Positions 39,752 to 48,904 of a stretch of DNA of 64,000 nt are shown here, piece by piece. The DNA is from an uncultured Alphaproteobacteria bacterium (lineage in GTDB: Bacteria; Pseudomonadota; Alphaproteobacteria; HIMB59; GCA-002718135), in the NCBI GenBank assembly GCA_902621165.1, contig CACNKX010000006.1, positions 4,852-68,851 of the forward strand. The letters are read 5' to 3'. The translations under genes were made by a program, and so were the position numbers. The notes below the pieces were generated by a model, which made no database searches, was not told the DNA's origin, and saw only the letters and a list, made by a program, of their open reading frames with translations. Position 1 is the first letter of the stretch, and each line of letters starts with the position of its first letter.

Positions 39752-40209
39752 TATGAAGCTTGCGATAAAGGCATTGGTCTAGAAACACCTACGGTCATCC
39801 AGCAATCTTTAAACTCACCGTTTTGCTCTACTTTTTCTACTGTCCATTCGAAACCAAATTTTTTTCCATTACTATCTGTAAGCTCTACAAAATAATATGA
39901 ACTTTTTTCTTGTTCCTGAACTGGAATTATATTGTGTTCTAAGTGATCAATCATCATTGAGTAGGATGGATTTTTAATCATCCTAATAAAATTATCTAGA
40001 GGACCTGTGTACATTCTATTATTTGGATGTGCAAATTCCCAAGTTTGTTCAATACCGGCATCGTCAAAAGGTGAATTATTTTTTTGTAGTGCTTTTAATT
40101 GAATTAAAATAACTTCTTTAGGACCAATTGAAGGGTCTGGTTTTATCATTTCTCCATAAACACTTTTTGATAATAAAATAAACAAACTAAACAATATAAT
40201 TTTGTGCAT
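39751..40209 (-). CDS. Secreted DUF4864-like protein
   Basis: Signal peptide. The pattern IQLKALQ..., WEFAHP.N....GP.DNF..MI....Y and W.TVGV resembles DUF4864. Confidence 0.5.
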   Translation of the reverse strand: MHKIILFSLFILLSKSVYGEMIKPDPSIGPKEVILIQLKALQKNNSPFDDAGIEQTWEFAHPNNRMYTGPLDNFIRMIKNPSYSMMIDHLEHNIIPVQEQEKSSYYFVELTDSNGKKFGFEWTVEKVEQNGEFKDCWMTVGVSRPMPLSQAS

Positions 40210-40244
40210 AATTTTAAAATAGTGTAATTATAATTTAAGGCAAT

Positions 40245-40844
40245 ATGTATATTTATGATTTTATCCAAGGATTAATAATTGGAGGAACATTAATTATAGC
40301 TATAGGACCGCAAAATTTATTTGTAATTCAACAAGGGCTTAAAAAATCTTATGTTTTTACGGTTACTTTATTTTGCAGTCTATCTGACAGTTTACTAATT
40401 GTAATTGGAATATATCTATCTAATTATATTGTTCAAATTAATCCAAGTATCATAGGAATAATAAAAGTATTAGGTGGAATTTGGCTTATATTTTATGGAT
40501 TAAATAAAGTTATAAAATTAAATCAAATAAAAGATATAAATAAAAAATTAAATATAATTAACGAATACGGAAAAGTATTAATTACCTTATTTCTTATTAC
40601 ATACGCAAATCCTCATGTTTATCTAGATACAATTATTTTGCTGGGATCATTATCAACAAATTTTAATGATCAATTTTCATTTGGCGTTGGAGCAATTTCA
40701 GCTAGTTTTTTGTTTTTCTTTTCTTTGGGATATATGTCGAAGTTTTTGTCAAAATATATTTATTCAAATAAAACTTGGTTTTGGATTGATCTAACCATTG
40801 GTCTGCTAATGATTAGTTATGGAATATATTTTATAATTTTTTAA
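40245..40844 (+). CDS. LysE/ArgO-family amino-acid exporter
   Basis: 199 aa, 6 TM helices. N-terminal GPQNLFVIQQG motif. Confidence 0.8.
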   Translation: MYIYDFIQGLIIGGTLIIAIGPQNLFVIQQGLKKSYVFTVTLFCSLSDSLLIVIGIYLSNYIVQINPSIIGIIKVLGGIWLIFYGLNKVIKLNQIKDINKKLNIINEYGKVLITLFLITYANPHVYLDTIILLGSLSTNFNDQFSFGVGAISASFLFFFSLGYMSKFLSKYIYSNKTWFWIDLTIGLLMISYGIYFIIF

Positions 40845-43800
40845 AGAAAGTTTCTAAGTTTTTACATACCTGATCAACATTTAATTTTGTAAATACAAGA
40901 GGTGGTTTTATTTTAATAACATTGTCATAAGGTCCATCAGTGCTCAATAAAATACCTTGATTTCTCATATAATTAATAAGCAGTTTAGCTAATTTTTTAT
41001 TTGGTTTAGATACATTACTATTCTGAATAATATCTATTCCTAAAAAAAGCCCCCTACCTCTAACTTCACTAATATATTTTTTATATTTAAGTTGGATTTT
41101 TTTTAATTCTTTTAAAAAATAATTACCAACTAACAAAGAATTTTTTTGTAATTTATTATTATCAATAGTCTCTAATACTGCTTTACCGATAGCACAGGAA
41201 ACAGGATTACCACCGAATGAGTTAAAATATTCCATCCCGTTATTAAAAGTTGAAGCAATTTTTTCTGTAGTTATAACAGCAGCTATAGGGTGACCATTGC
41301 CCATAGGTTTGCCCAATGTTACTATATCAGGAACAACATCATGCTCTTCAAATGACCAAAAATGTCTTCCAACGCGTCCAAAACCAGTTTGTACCTCGTC
41401 AACAATACATAATGCATTGTTTCTTCTAATTTCTGAAAATATTTCTTTTAAATAATTTTTTGGAAGAATTATTTGACCCCCGCAACCAAGTATACTTTCA
41501 GTAAAAAAACATGCAATATTAGTTTCTTTAATTTTATTTCTAATTACCGTTTTAGCTTCATCTATATATTTTTGAATCCAATTTGAATTTTGGTATCTCC
41601 ACTTACCTCTTATGGGATCAGGCATGTCTAATACATGAACATAATCTTTTTTACCCGAACCACCCTTACTATTAAATTTATATGGACTTAGATCAATTAA
41701 AGCATTGGTATGACCATGATAAGCATTGTCCATCACAAAGACATCTTTTGCATTAGTATAAGTTTGAGCTATTCTATAAGCTAAATCATTAGCTTCAGAT
41801 CCTGTACATACGAAAAATATCTTATTTAATTTTTTTGGAAACTTACTTAAAAGTAATTCACTATAATCGTTAATTGTATCGTATAGATATCTCGTATTAG
41901 TATTAAGTTTTAAATTTTGCTGAGTCATAGCTTCATGGACATAGGAATTTGAATGTCCAACATGGGAAATGTTATTTACACAATCTAAGTATCTCCTGCC
42001 ATATCTATCAAAAAAATACTGATCTTTAGCTTCAAGCATGTGAAGTGGTTTCTTGTAAGAAATTGATAAATTATCAGAAATATTTTTTCTTCTTTTTTTT
42101 AAAGTATCTTTAAAATTATTATTATTAGAATAAAAAGATTTTGGAATTCGTAGAATTAAATTTGGATCAGGTGAAATTTTATTCCAAATATTGAATAAAA
42201 ATTCTTCACCTACTCCTGGAAAATTCTTATCATGTCCTAATAAATCTAAAATAATTTGAAAATGTAAATGTGGTAACCATTTCCCATTTTCATTAGAATT
42301 ACCAATTTTACCAATCCATTCACCTTTCTTAATTTTTTTTCCAATTTTTAGTTTTTGAAAGATTATTTTAGATAAATGACCGTATAGAGTATAAAATTTA
42401 TATTTTTTAAAACTATGTTCTAAAACTAGAGTGGGGCCATAGTCATATTTAAAATTATTATTTTTTAAAATTATAATTTTACCATCTATTGGAGCAAATA
42501 AATCTGTTCCCTGATCAATAAAAATATCAATTCCTAAGTGAATATTACGTCTTTCATTCGTATTTAATTCAGAAATAAAGTTAGGTCCCTTATAAACTTT
42601 TCTTTTTTCATTGTATAAACCTATAGCTATACGAGAATTATCTTCTTTAAATATTTTATTAACTCTTTTCTTAAGTGTAATATTATCTGGGTTACCTTTT
42701 AATAAAGGTGAATCAGAACTTAATTTTAAGATAGATTTATTTTTATCAAGTAAATTAAATTTAAAAATATCACCAAAGTTGAATTTATTTATATAATTTA
42801 TAATTTCATTATGATGGTGAATAATATCAAAGCCGCATATTTCGCGAACAATATATATTAAAAAATTGATAGGAATTTTGTCTAATTTTTCTAATAAAGA
42901 CCATGCATCTTTCTCACTAATACTTAAATATTGATTTGATGGATATTTAATTCTTTGTTTTTTTGCCATTACAACAGTAATCATAAGTCTTGACTTACAT
43001 AATGATATTAATGAATTAATTTCATCCTCATTAATAGAAAACTGTTTATTGTACTCTGTTATTATATTTTTAAGTGTAAGATAAATATTATCATTATTCA
43101 TTAATGCATATGAAAGGCATATAGCTAAATCATTTATTGTTGGAGAATAAATAGAATCTCCATAATCTAGTAAACCACAAACATTGTTTTTTTTAATAAC
43201 AATATTATAATTATTTGGATCTGAATGAGTTATTGAATATCTTAGTTTATTTAAATTATTTTTTACAAATTTTTCATATTCTGAAAAACATTTTAATAAA
43301 ATTAATTTTTTTGAACCAGTAAAAATATTAATATCTTTTTTAATCCATTTTAAATTTGATGGATCCCAAATAAAATTTCTATGGGCATCTATATCGTTAA
43401 ATGTTTTCAACTTAGTTGATACTTTTCCAAGCAACTTACCTAAAGAATTTTCAATTTTATCGTTACTTTTTGTATCTCCATACATTCGCCCTTCAATAAA
43501 AGATAAGATCCTAACAAAGCATTCTCTATTTTTTTTATCTAAATATTTTACAATCTTTGTATGGTGTATTTTTGGTATAAAAGATTTAAGACTAAGATCA
43601 CTTCGTAAATAATTAATTAATCTATCTTGGTATTTTAATATATTTATTTTTTCTGATGGGTTTGAAATTTTTAATACATATTTTTTTTTATTATTTATTA
43701 ATATAATAAAATTTATATCCCTTTCACTATCAAGTTGTTTAATTTTGAGTAATTTATTTCTTAAGAAAGAAAAATTAATCTTTAACCATTTAATTAAATG

Positions 43801-43860
43801 TTTATTATCAATAATAGGTGGATCAACATCAAAAACTGACATAAAAGGTGTATAATTCAT
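40831..43860 (-). CDS. Tri-domain protein: APH/hydroxylysine-kinase-like phosphotransferase + M23 metallopeptidase-like domain + class III aminotransferase-fold phospho-lyase (AGXT2L/ETNPPL-like)
   Basis: Kinase: HSDPNNYN and LLDYGDS. M23: HLGIDI (HxxxD), YGHLS, HLHFQI (HxH). C-terminus: DEVQTGFGRVGRHFWSFE and TLGKPMGNGHPIA, very close to ethanolamine-phosphate / 5-phosphohydroxylysine phospho-lyases. Start uncertain (43881, 43860 or 43842). Confidence 0.8.
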   Translation of the reverse strand: MNYTPFMSVFDVDPPIIDNKHLIKWLKINFSFLRNKLLKIKQLDSERDINFIILINNKKKYVLKISNPSEKINILKYQDRLINYLRSDLSLKSFIPKIHHTKIVKYLDKKNRECFVRILSFIEGRMYGDTKSNDKIENSLGKLLGKVSTKLKTFNDIDAHRNFIWDPSNLKWIKKDINIFTGSKKLILLKCFSEYEKFVKNNLNKLRYSITHSDPNNYNIVIKKNNVCGLLDYGDSIYSPTINDLAICLSYALMNNDNIYLTLKNIITEYNKQFSINEDEINSLISLCKSRLMITVVMAKKQRIKYPSNQYLSISEKDAWSLLEKLDKIPINFLIYIVREICGFDIIHHHNEIINYINKFNFGDIFKFNLLDKNKSILKLSSDSPLLKGNPDNITLKKRVNKIFKEDNSRIAIGLYNEKRKVYKGPNFISELNTNERRNIHLGIDIFIDQGTDLFAPIDGKIIILKNNNFKYDYGPTLVLEHSFKKYKFYTLYGHLSKIIFQKLKIGKKIKKGEWIGKIGNSNENGKWLPHLHFQIILDLLGHDKNFPGVGEEFLFNIWNKISPDPNLILRIPKSFYSNNNNFKDTLKKRRKNISDNLSISYKKPLHMLEAKDQYFFDRYGRRYLDCVNNISHVGHSNSYVHEAMTQQNLKLNTNTRYLYDTINDYSELLLSKFPKKLNKIFFVCTGSEANDLAYRIAQTYTNAKDVFVMDNAYHGHTNALIDLSPYKFNSKGGSGKKDYVHVLDMPDPIRGKWRYQNSNWIQKYIDEAKTVIRNKIKETNIACFFTESILGCGGQIILPKNYLKEIFSEIRRNNALCIVDEVQTGFGRVGRHFWSFEEHDVVPDIVTLGKPMGNGHPIAAVITTEKIASTFNNGMEYFNSFGGNPVSCAIGKAVLETIDNNKLQKNSLLVGNYFLKELKKIQLKYKKYISEVRGRGLFLGIDIIQNSNVSKPNKKLAKLLINYMRNQGILLSTDGPYDNVIKIKPPLVFTKLNVDQVCKNLETFFKKL

Positions 43861-43861
43861 A

Positions 43862-44749
43862 ATGCTAAAATCTAAAAACATTTTTGTTTGTATTGGGGCA
43901 ATTCATCACGATTATTTATTAAATCTTAAAAAAAATATTATTAATTTTAGATCTAATCAAATTACACAAAAAAGCAGAATTGGTGGAGTGGCGTACAATA
44001 TTGCAGAATTGCTCTCGAATTTTGTTGATGTAAACTTTTATAGTTTAGCTATCAATGAAGAGATTAGAAAAAAAATCTCAAAAAAAATATATGTTCATCA
44101 AGTGAATAAAGATTATGCAGATAGGTACTATTTAGCTTTATTAGATAAAAATAATAAATTTTTATTAGGATTAGCTAACACAGATGAATATGAAAATAAC
44201 AAATCTTTAAAAATACCAAACATCAAGAATAAAAATATAATATTTGATCTAAATTTTTCTAAAACCTATTTGGAAAAATCAATAAATAAACTATCAAAAA
44301 AAAATAAAATTATAGTGTGCGCAACATCAGTGCATAAAGTTATTAAAATTAAAAGGATTATAAATAAAGTTGATTTTATATTCTTAAATAAAGCAGAGTT
44401 ACTTAAACTTACAAATTCTTCAAATATAATATTAGGTGTAAAAAAAATATTAAAACAAAATAAAAAAATAAAAATAATTACTACTAATTCCAAAAATAAT
44501 GTAATCTTTGGAAGTAATGAATTTATAAAAAAAATAAAACCCCCATCAATCAAAGTAGTAAACGAAAATGGAGCTGGAGACGCACTAGCAGCTATGATGC
44601 TGTATTTGTTCAGTATAAATGAAAAAATAAATTATATATTGAAAATTTCTGTAGCATGCGGGTCTTATTATGCTAGTGGTAAAAGTATAAAAACTAAGAG
44701 TGATTTTTTAAAAATTAAAAATCTTTCTAAGAGAGTGAGTGTACAATAG
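43862..44749 (+). CDS. psuK: PfkB-family carbohydrate/nucleoside kinase (pseudouridine kinase-like)
   Basis: Ribokinase-like fold and C-terminal NENGAGDAL motif. Directly upstream of psuG. Confidence 0.7.
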   Translation: MLKSKNIFVCIGAIHHDYLLNLKKNIINFRSNQITQKSRIGGVAYNIAELLSNFVDVNFYSLAINEEIRKKISKKIYVHQVNKDYADRYYLALLDKNNKFLLGLANTDEYENNKSLKIPNIKNKNIIFDLNFSKTYLEKSINKLSKKNKIIVCATSVHKVIKIKRIINKVDFIFLNKAELLKLTNSSNIILGVKKILKQNKKIKIITTNSKNNVIFGSNEFIKKIKPPSIKVVNENGAGDALAAMMLYLFSINEKINYILKISVACGSYYASGKSIKTKSDFLKIKNLSKRVSVQ

Positions 44750-44750
44750 T

Positions 44751-45659
44751 ATGCATGAAATATTTGATTTAAGTAAAAAAGTTCAAGAAGCAATAAATAG
44801 AAAAAAACCAATAGTAGCTTTAGAAAGTACATTGATTAGTCATGGATTGCCCTACCCAGAAAATATTAAAGTCGCAAATGAGTCTATAAAGGCTGTTGAA
44901 GATAACGGTGCGATTGCTGCAACAATAGGAATAATTAGAGGTAAGGTTAAAATCGGATTATCGGAAAAAGATATTCAAATATTAGCAAAAGAGAAAAATG
45001 TACAAAAAGTTTCAAACCACAATATAAATTTATCAATATTTAATAAAGAAAATGCTGCTACAACAGTAGCAAGTACAATTTCTATAGCTTCTAAATTTAA
45101 AATAAGATTTTTTGCAACAGGAGGAATTGGTGGTGTGCATCTAAATGCTGAAAATACAAATGATGTATCTGCAGATCTATATGCACTATCTGAGAATTCA
45201 AATTTTGTAATCTGTAGTGGTGCTAAATCTATTTTAGATCTAAGTAAAACAAATGAACTTCTTGAAACTTTAGGAATTACAAGAATTGGCTATCAAACAA
45301 ATTATATGCCTGGTTTTTGGTATGAAGAAACAGAAAATAAAGTCGATAATAAATTTGATGAAATTCATGAAATTTCTTCTTTTTTAAAACTCAATGAAAA
45401 TATGGGAAATAAAAAATCAATTCTCATATTTAATAAAGTTCCATTAGAAAAAGCACTTAATAAAAATGACGTAAAAAAATGGATAAATAATGCAACAATA
45501 AAAGCCAATAGAAATAATATTAGTGGAAAAGAATTAACACCGTTTCTCATAAAAGAAATTAATGAACAATCAAAAAATGAAACTCTAAATGCTAATGTAT
45601 CTTTAATAATTAATAATGCGAATTTAGCAGGAAAGATTGCAAAGAGTTTTTATAGTTAA
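44751..45659 (+). CDS. psuG: Pseudouridine-5'-phosphate glycosidase
   Basis: VALESTLISHGLPYPEN and GGIGGVH, typical of PsuG/YeiN/IndA. I prefer the ATG at 44751, 1 nt after the psuK stop, over the track GTG at 44739. Confidence 0.88.
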   Translation: MHEIFDLSKKVQEAINRKKPIVALESTLISHGLPYPENIKVANESIKAVEDNGAIAATIGIIRGKVKIGLSEKDIQILAKEKNVQKVSNHNINLSIFNKENAATTVASTISIASKFKIRFFATGGIGGVHLNAENTNDVSADLYALSENSNFVICSGAKSILDLSKTNELLETLGITRIGYQTNYMPGFWYEETENKVDNKFDEIHEISSFLKLNENMGNKKSILIFNKVPLEKALNKNDVKKWINNATIKANRNNISGKELTPFLIKEINEQSKNETLNANVSLIINNANLAGKIAKSFYS

Positions 45660-46600
45660 GGTAATAACGATAATTTAGCTTTAAGTAATTGAAAAAATTT
45701 TTCATCATTAGCTTCATTCATCACAAAACAATTTACTGGTCTTTTAGTAACACCTAGCCAATCAACAACAGTCTCCCCTCTTGTTAATTCAGAATTTTCT
45801 TCAACAGTGACATTAACTTCTTTTCCACTAAAAATAGATGCATCTAACAAATATGCAATAACACATGGGTCATGCAAAGGAGTTTCCTCAGTTTCGTATA
45901 ATTCTTTATGAAATATTGTATAAAATTCCATTAGTTCTCCAAAAAACTTAGAACTTTTATTTTTATTTTCATTCATTGATTTAATAATTTTTGAATTTAC
46001 ATTTACCTGATGAGTAACATCTAAACCCATCATTGTTAGAGGAATGCCTGATTCTAAAACAATATTAGCCGCATGTGGATCCACATAAATATTAAATTCA
46101 GCTGATGGTGTTGTATTTCCTAAGCACATAGCAGCCCCACCCATAAAAACTATTTCTTTTATATTTTCTTTAATAGAGGGATCTTTTTTTAAACTTAAGG
46201 CAATATTTGTAAGAGGTCCTGTTGGACATAAATAAATTTGCTCTGTTGAAGATTTACAAGTTTCTACTATGAAATCAACTGCATGTTTTTCTTGAGGTTT
46301 ATAATTTGTATCTATTATTATAGGATCACCTTTTTTATCTAATCCGGTTTTTCCGTGTACATATTCAGCTGTAAATAATTCATAATGAATAGGCTTATTT
46401 GCACCAGAGTAAACTTTAATGTCCGTTCTTTCAATTAACGTACAAACTTTAAGAGCGTTATTTACTGTATTATTTAAACCACTATTTCCACCAACACAGG
46501 TGATACCCAGTATGTCAATCTCCTTAGAAGAAGCAGCTAACATTATTGCTACAGCATCATCATGGCCTGGATCACAATCTAAAATTATTTTTTTAGTCAT
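45656..46600 (-). CDS. Nucleoside hydrolase (inosine/uridine-preferring family)
   Basis: The N-terminal DCDPGHDDAVAI aspartate cluster is diagnostic. Start moved to MTKKIILDCD (46600). Confidence 0.88.
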   Translation of the reverse strand: MTKKIILDCDPGHDDAVAIMLAASSKEIDILGITCVGGNSGLNNTVNNALKVCTLIERTDIKVYSGANKPIHYELFTAEYVHGKTGLDKKGDPIIIDTNYKPQEKHAVDFIVETCKSSTEQIYLCPTGPLTNIALSLKKDPSIKENIKEIVFMGGAAMCLGNTTPSAEFNIYVDPHAANIVLESGIPLTMMGLDVTHQVNVNSKIIKSMNENKNKSSKFFGELMEFYTIFHKELYETEETPLHDPCVIAYLLDASIFSGKEVNVTVEENSELTRGETVVDWLGVTKRPVNCFVMNEANDEKFFQLLKAKLSLLP

Positions 46601-47456
46601 TAATAAAACTTTTAAGAGGTATTGAAGATCTTTGTAACCAATTCCATTCAGGATATTCGTTGTTGTTATCAATTACATGAATTGTGTAAGCATGTCTTGA
46701 TTTTAAACTTGTGTTCTCACATGAGTAATGAGGGAGTCTACCATGTAATAAAACAAGTGAACCTTTTTTTACTTCTACAAAAGTATCAGTTTCAGGAAAT
46801 GGTTCATGATTTAGATCTATCATTTGCATTTTACCGTCTATTTTTTTAAAAAGTTTTCTTAATGGACCTTTATGACCTCCACTTGCAACCTGTAAACATC
46901 CGTTTGTTTTATTTGCATCTTCTAATGCAAACCAAAAACCGATAGTGCTTTCTGGCTCGGTATATAAAAAAGTAGAATCTTGATGACAAACTACTTCACC
47001 ACCTATTTTAGGTTGCTTAAAAATATACATAGACTGAAGTAATTTTGGTTTTGAGAAACCAAGTGATAAAGCTATATCTTGAAGTTTTTGTTTATGAGAA
47101 AAGTTATAAAAAACTTGATCCAAGTCATGCAACGCATGACCGATTTTGTTTACAATAAAATGTTTATTTTCTTCTATGTTATCATCATTTAAATTAGCTT
47201 TTTCTTCAAAGAAGAAACGAATTTTATCTCCTGATTCTAAAAAATAACTATCATCATTATGAGCTTGATTGACTGTATCAAAAATAGATTTTTGATCATT
47301 AAAATTATTATGTTCGATAAGATATGATGATCTTTCCATTAATTCATCACATTCTTTATCTGTGTTGAAATTTTCAATAACCAAATATCCATTATTATTC
47401 CAAAAGTTAATCATTTCGTCGTTTAATGGTAGATCATTGATTGAAAAATATTTCAT
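46593..47456 (-). CDS. Phytanoyl-CoA dioxygenase (PhyH)-family Fe(II)/2-oxoglutarate dioxygenase
   Basis: HxD facial-triad motif (CHQDS), distal His (SRHAYTIH) and N-terminal WN.NGYLVIENF, typical of PhyH. Confidence 0.75.
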   Translation of the reverse strand: MKYFSINDLPLNDEMINFWNNNGYLVIENFNTDKECDELMERSSYLIEHNNFNDQKSIFDTVNQAHNDDSYFLESGDKIRFFFEEKANLNDDNIEENKHFIVNKIGHALHDLDQVFYNFSHKQKLQDIALSLGFSKPKLLQSMYIFKQPKIGGEVVCHQDSTFLYTEPESTIGFWFALEDANKTNGCLQVASGGHKGPLRKLFKKIDGKMQMIDLNHEPFPETDTFVEVKKGSLVLLHGRLPHYSCENTSLKSRHAYTIHVIDNNNEYPEWNWLQRSSIPLKSFIND

Positions 47457-47689
47457 TATATTCCTATTAATTTTGTTAAGAATGGTAAACCAACTTTAAT
47501 AAGGTTTAATAATTGTGGTATTAAAAATTTTCCAGTTGTTGCAAGGAAGAAGATTATACCTCCAATTATGACAATCAGAATTAAATTTCTATAAAAATTA
47601 CCATAATTGTTATATTGTGATTTGGCTCTTGATCTCAAGATAAATAGTATAATTACTATAACAATTAAAACTATTAACAATCGGATCAT
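47456..47689 (-). CDS. Hypothetical membrane protein (77 aa, 2-3 TM helices)
   Basis: Hydrophobic ORF. 1-nt stop/start overlap with the PhyH gene. Confidence 0.45.
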   Translation of the reverse strand: MIRLLIVLIVIVIILFILRSRAKSQYNNYGNFYRNLILIVIIGGIIFFLATTGKFLIPQLLNLIKVGLPFLTKLIGI

Positions 47690-47757
47690 ATATTTTCTAT
47701 ATTTAGTAAAAATTAATTTGCAATACTAATTATATCTTAATAAATAGTTTTTAGTAG

Positions 47758-48141
47758 ATGATCAGATTAAGCATATTATTTTTATCAATTTTTTCTTTAA
47801 TTTACGGAATTTATTTTTTATTTTTTCCATATAGTTTTGTCAATTTAACTGTTGCTGAAAGTACTAATATTGCATGGCTAAGAAATCTTGGTGGAGCTAT
47901 AACAGGTCTTTTATTTATTGGTCTTTTATTGATCTACTTAAATACAAAAGGCTCAATTAGAATACTCAATGTTATAATTATTACATCAGTAATACAGACT
48001 TTAGCTTTAATATATTCAAGAATACAAAATGAATTTTCTGCAAATAATTTAATAATTATTGATATTACAATTTATGCGGCAATATTTGTTACAATTTATT
48101 TAATCTTTATTTCTTTAAAATTTAAAAAAATATTTATTTAA
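47758..48141 (+). CDS. Hypothetical membrane protein (127 aa, 4 TM helices)
   Basis: Hydrophobic ORF with no motif. Confidence 0.45.
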   Translation: MIRLSILFLSIFSLIYGIYFLFFPYSFVNLTVAESTNIAWLRNLGGAITGLLFIGLLLIYLNTKGSIRILNVIIITSVIQTLALIYSRIQNEFSANNLIIIDITIYAAIFVTIYLIFISLKFKKIFI

Positions 48142-48895
48142 TAACTTTAAAACCTTTAAAAAAAATAAAACAAGTTATACTTAAAGAAGTAAAAATAAAA
48201 ATTAATACAAATAAATTTTCATAAATATTAAAATTAAATTCTTCTTTAAAAGAACTTCTAAAAAAATTTACAACATAATAATATGGGTTATATAAAAGAA
48301 TTGATTTTAAATTTTCAGGCAAATAATTAATTGAAAAAAATGTTCCTGATAAAAAATTAATTGGAGCAACAAAAAAACTTGAAAATGAACTTTGCGAATC
48401 CCATGAATTAAAAATTAGCCCTACAAAACACCCTAAGCAGGAAAAAAATATTATAACTAAAAATAAATAATAAAAAAAATAAAAAAAATTATATATTTCA
48501 ATATCTATTAAAAAAGTAAAAATAAGAAAATTAAATAGAGCTAAAATGATCCCAATAATTAAAGATGTTAATATTAACGATATAAGTATTTCAACCCTGT
48601 ATACAGGTGCCATTAGCCAATCATCTAAAGATCCAATTTGCTTCATATGAATTAAAGTGGCAGACGAATTGTCATAACTTTCTTGTGCCACGATCATAAT
48701 AATTAATCCTGGAGCAATGAATTCAACAAAAGAACCAGAGTCCATTGAGAGTGAATAATAATTTTCTACCGTAAGAAATACTAATATAAATAAAAGATTT
48801 GTAGTTAGAGGTGCTAATAAAGAATAATGATATTCTTGAAGAAATTCTTTTATTCTAAATGCGATAATTGAATAAATCGCACTAAAATTCAACAT
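48134..48895 (-). CDS. ABC-2-type transporter permease
   Basis: 253 aa, 6 TM helices, ABC-2 (YadH-like) topology. No adjacent ATPase gene. Confidence 0.65.
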   Translation of the reverse strand: MLNFSAIYSIIAFRIKEFLQEYHYSLLAPLTTNLLFILVFLTVENYYSLSMDSGSFVEFIAPGLIIMIVAQESYDNSSATLIHMKQIGSLDDWLMAPVYRVEILISLILTSLIIGIILALFNFLIFTFLIDIEIYNFFYFFYYLFLVIIFFSCLGCFVGLIFNSWDSQSSFSSFFVAPINFLSGTFFSINYLPENLKSILLYNPYYYVVNFFRSSFKEEFNFNIYENLFVLIFIFTSLSITCFIFFKGFKVIK

Positions 48896-48904
48896 TAAAT
48901 AAAA

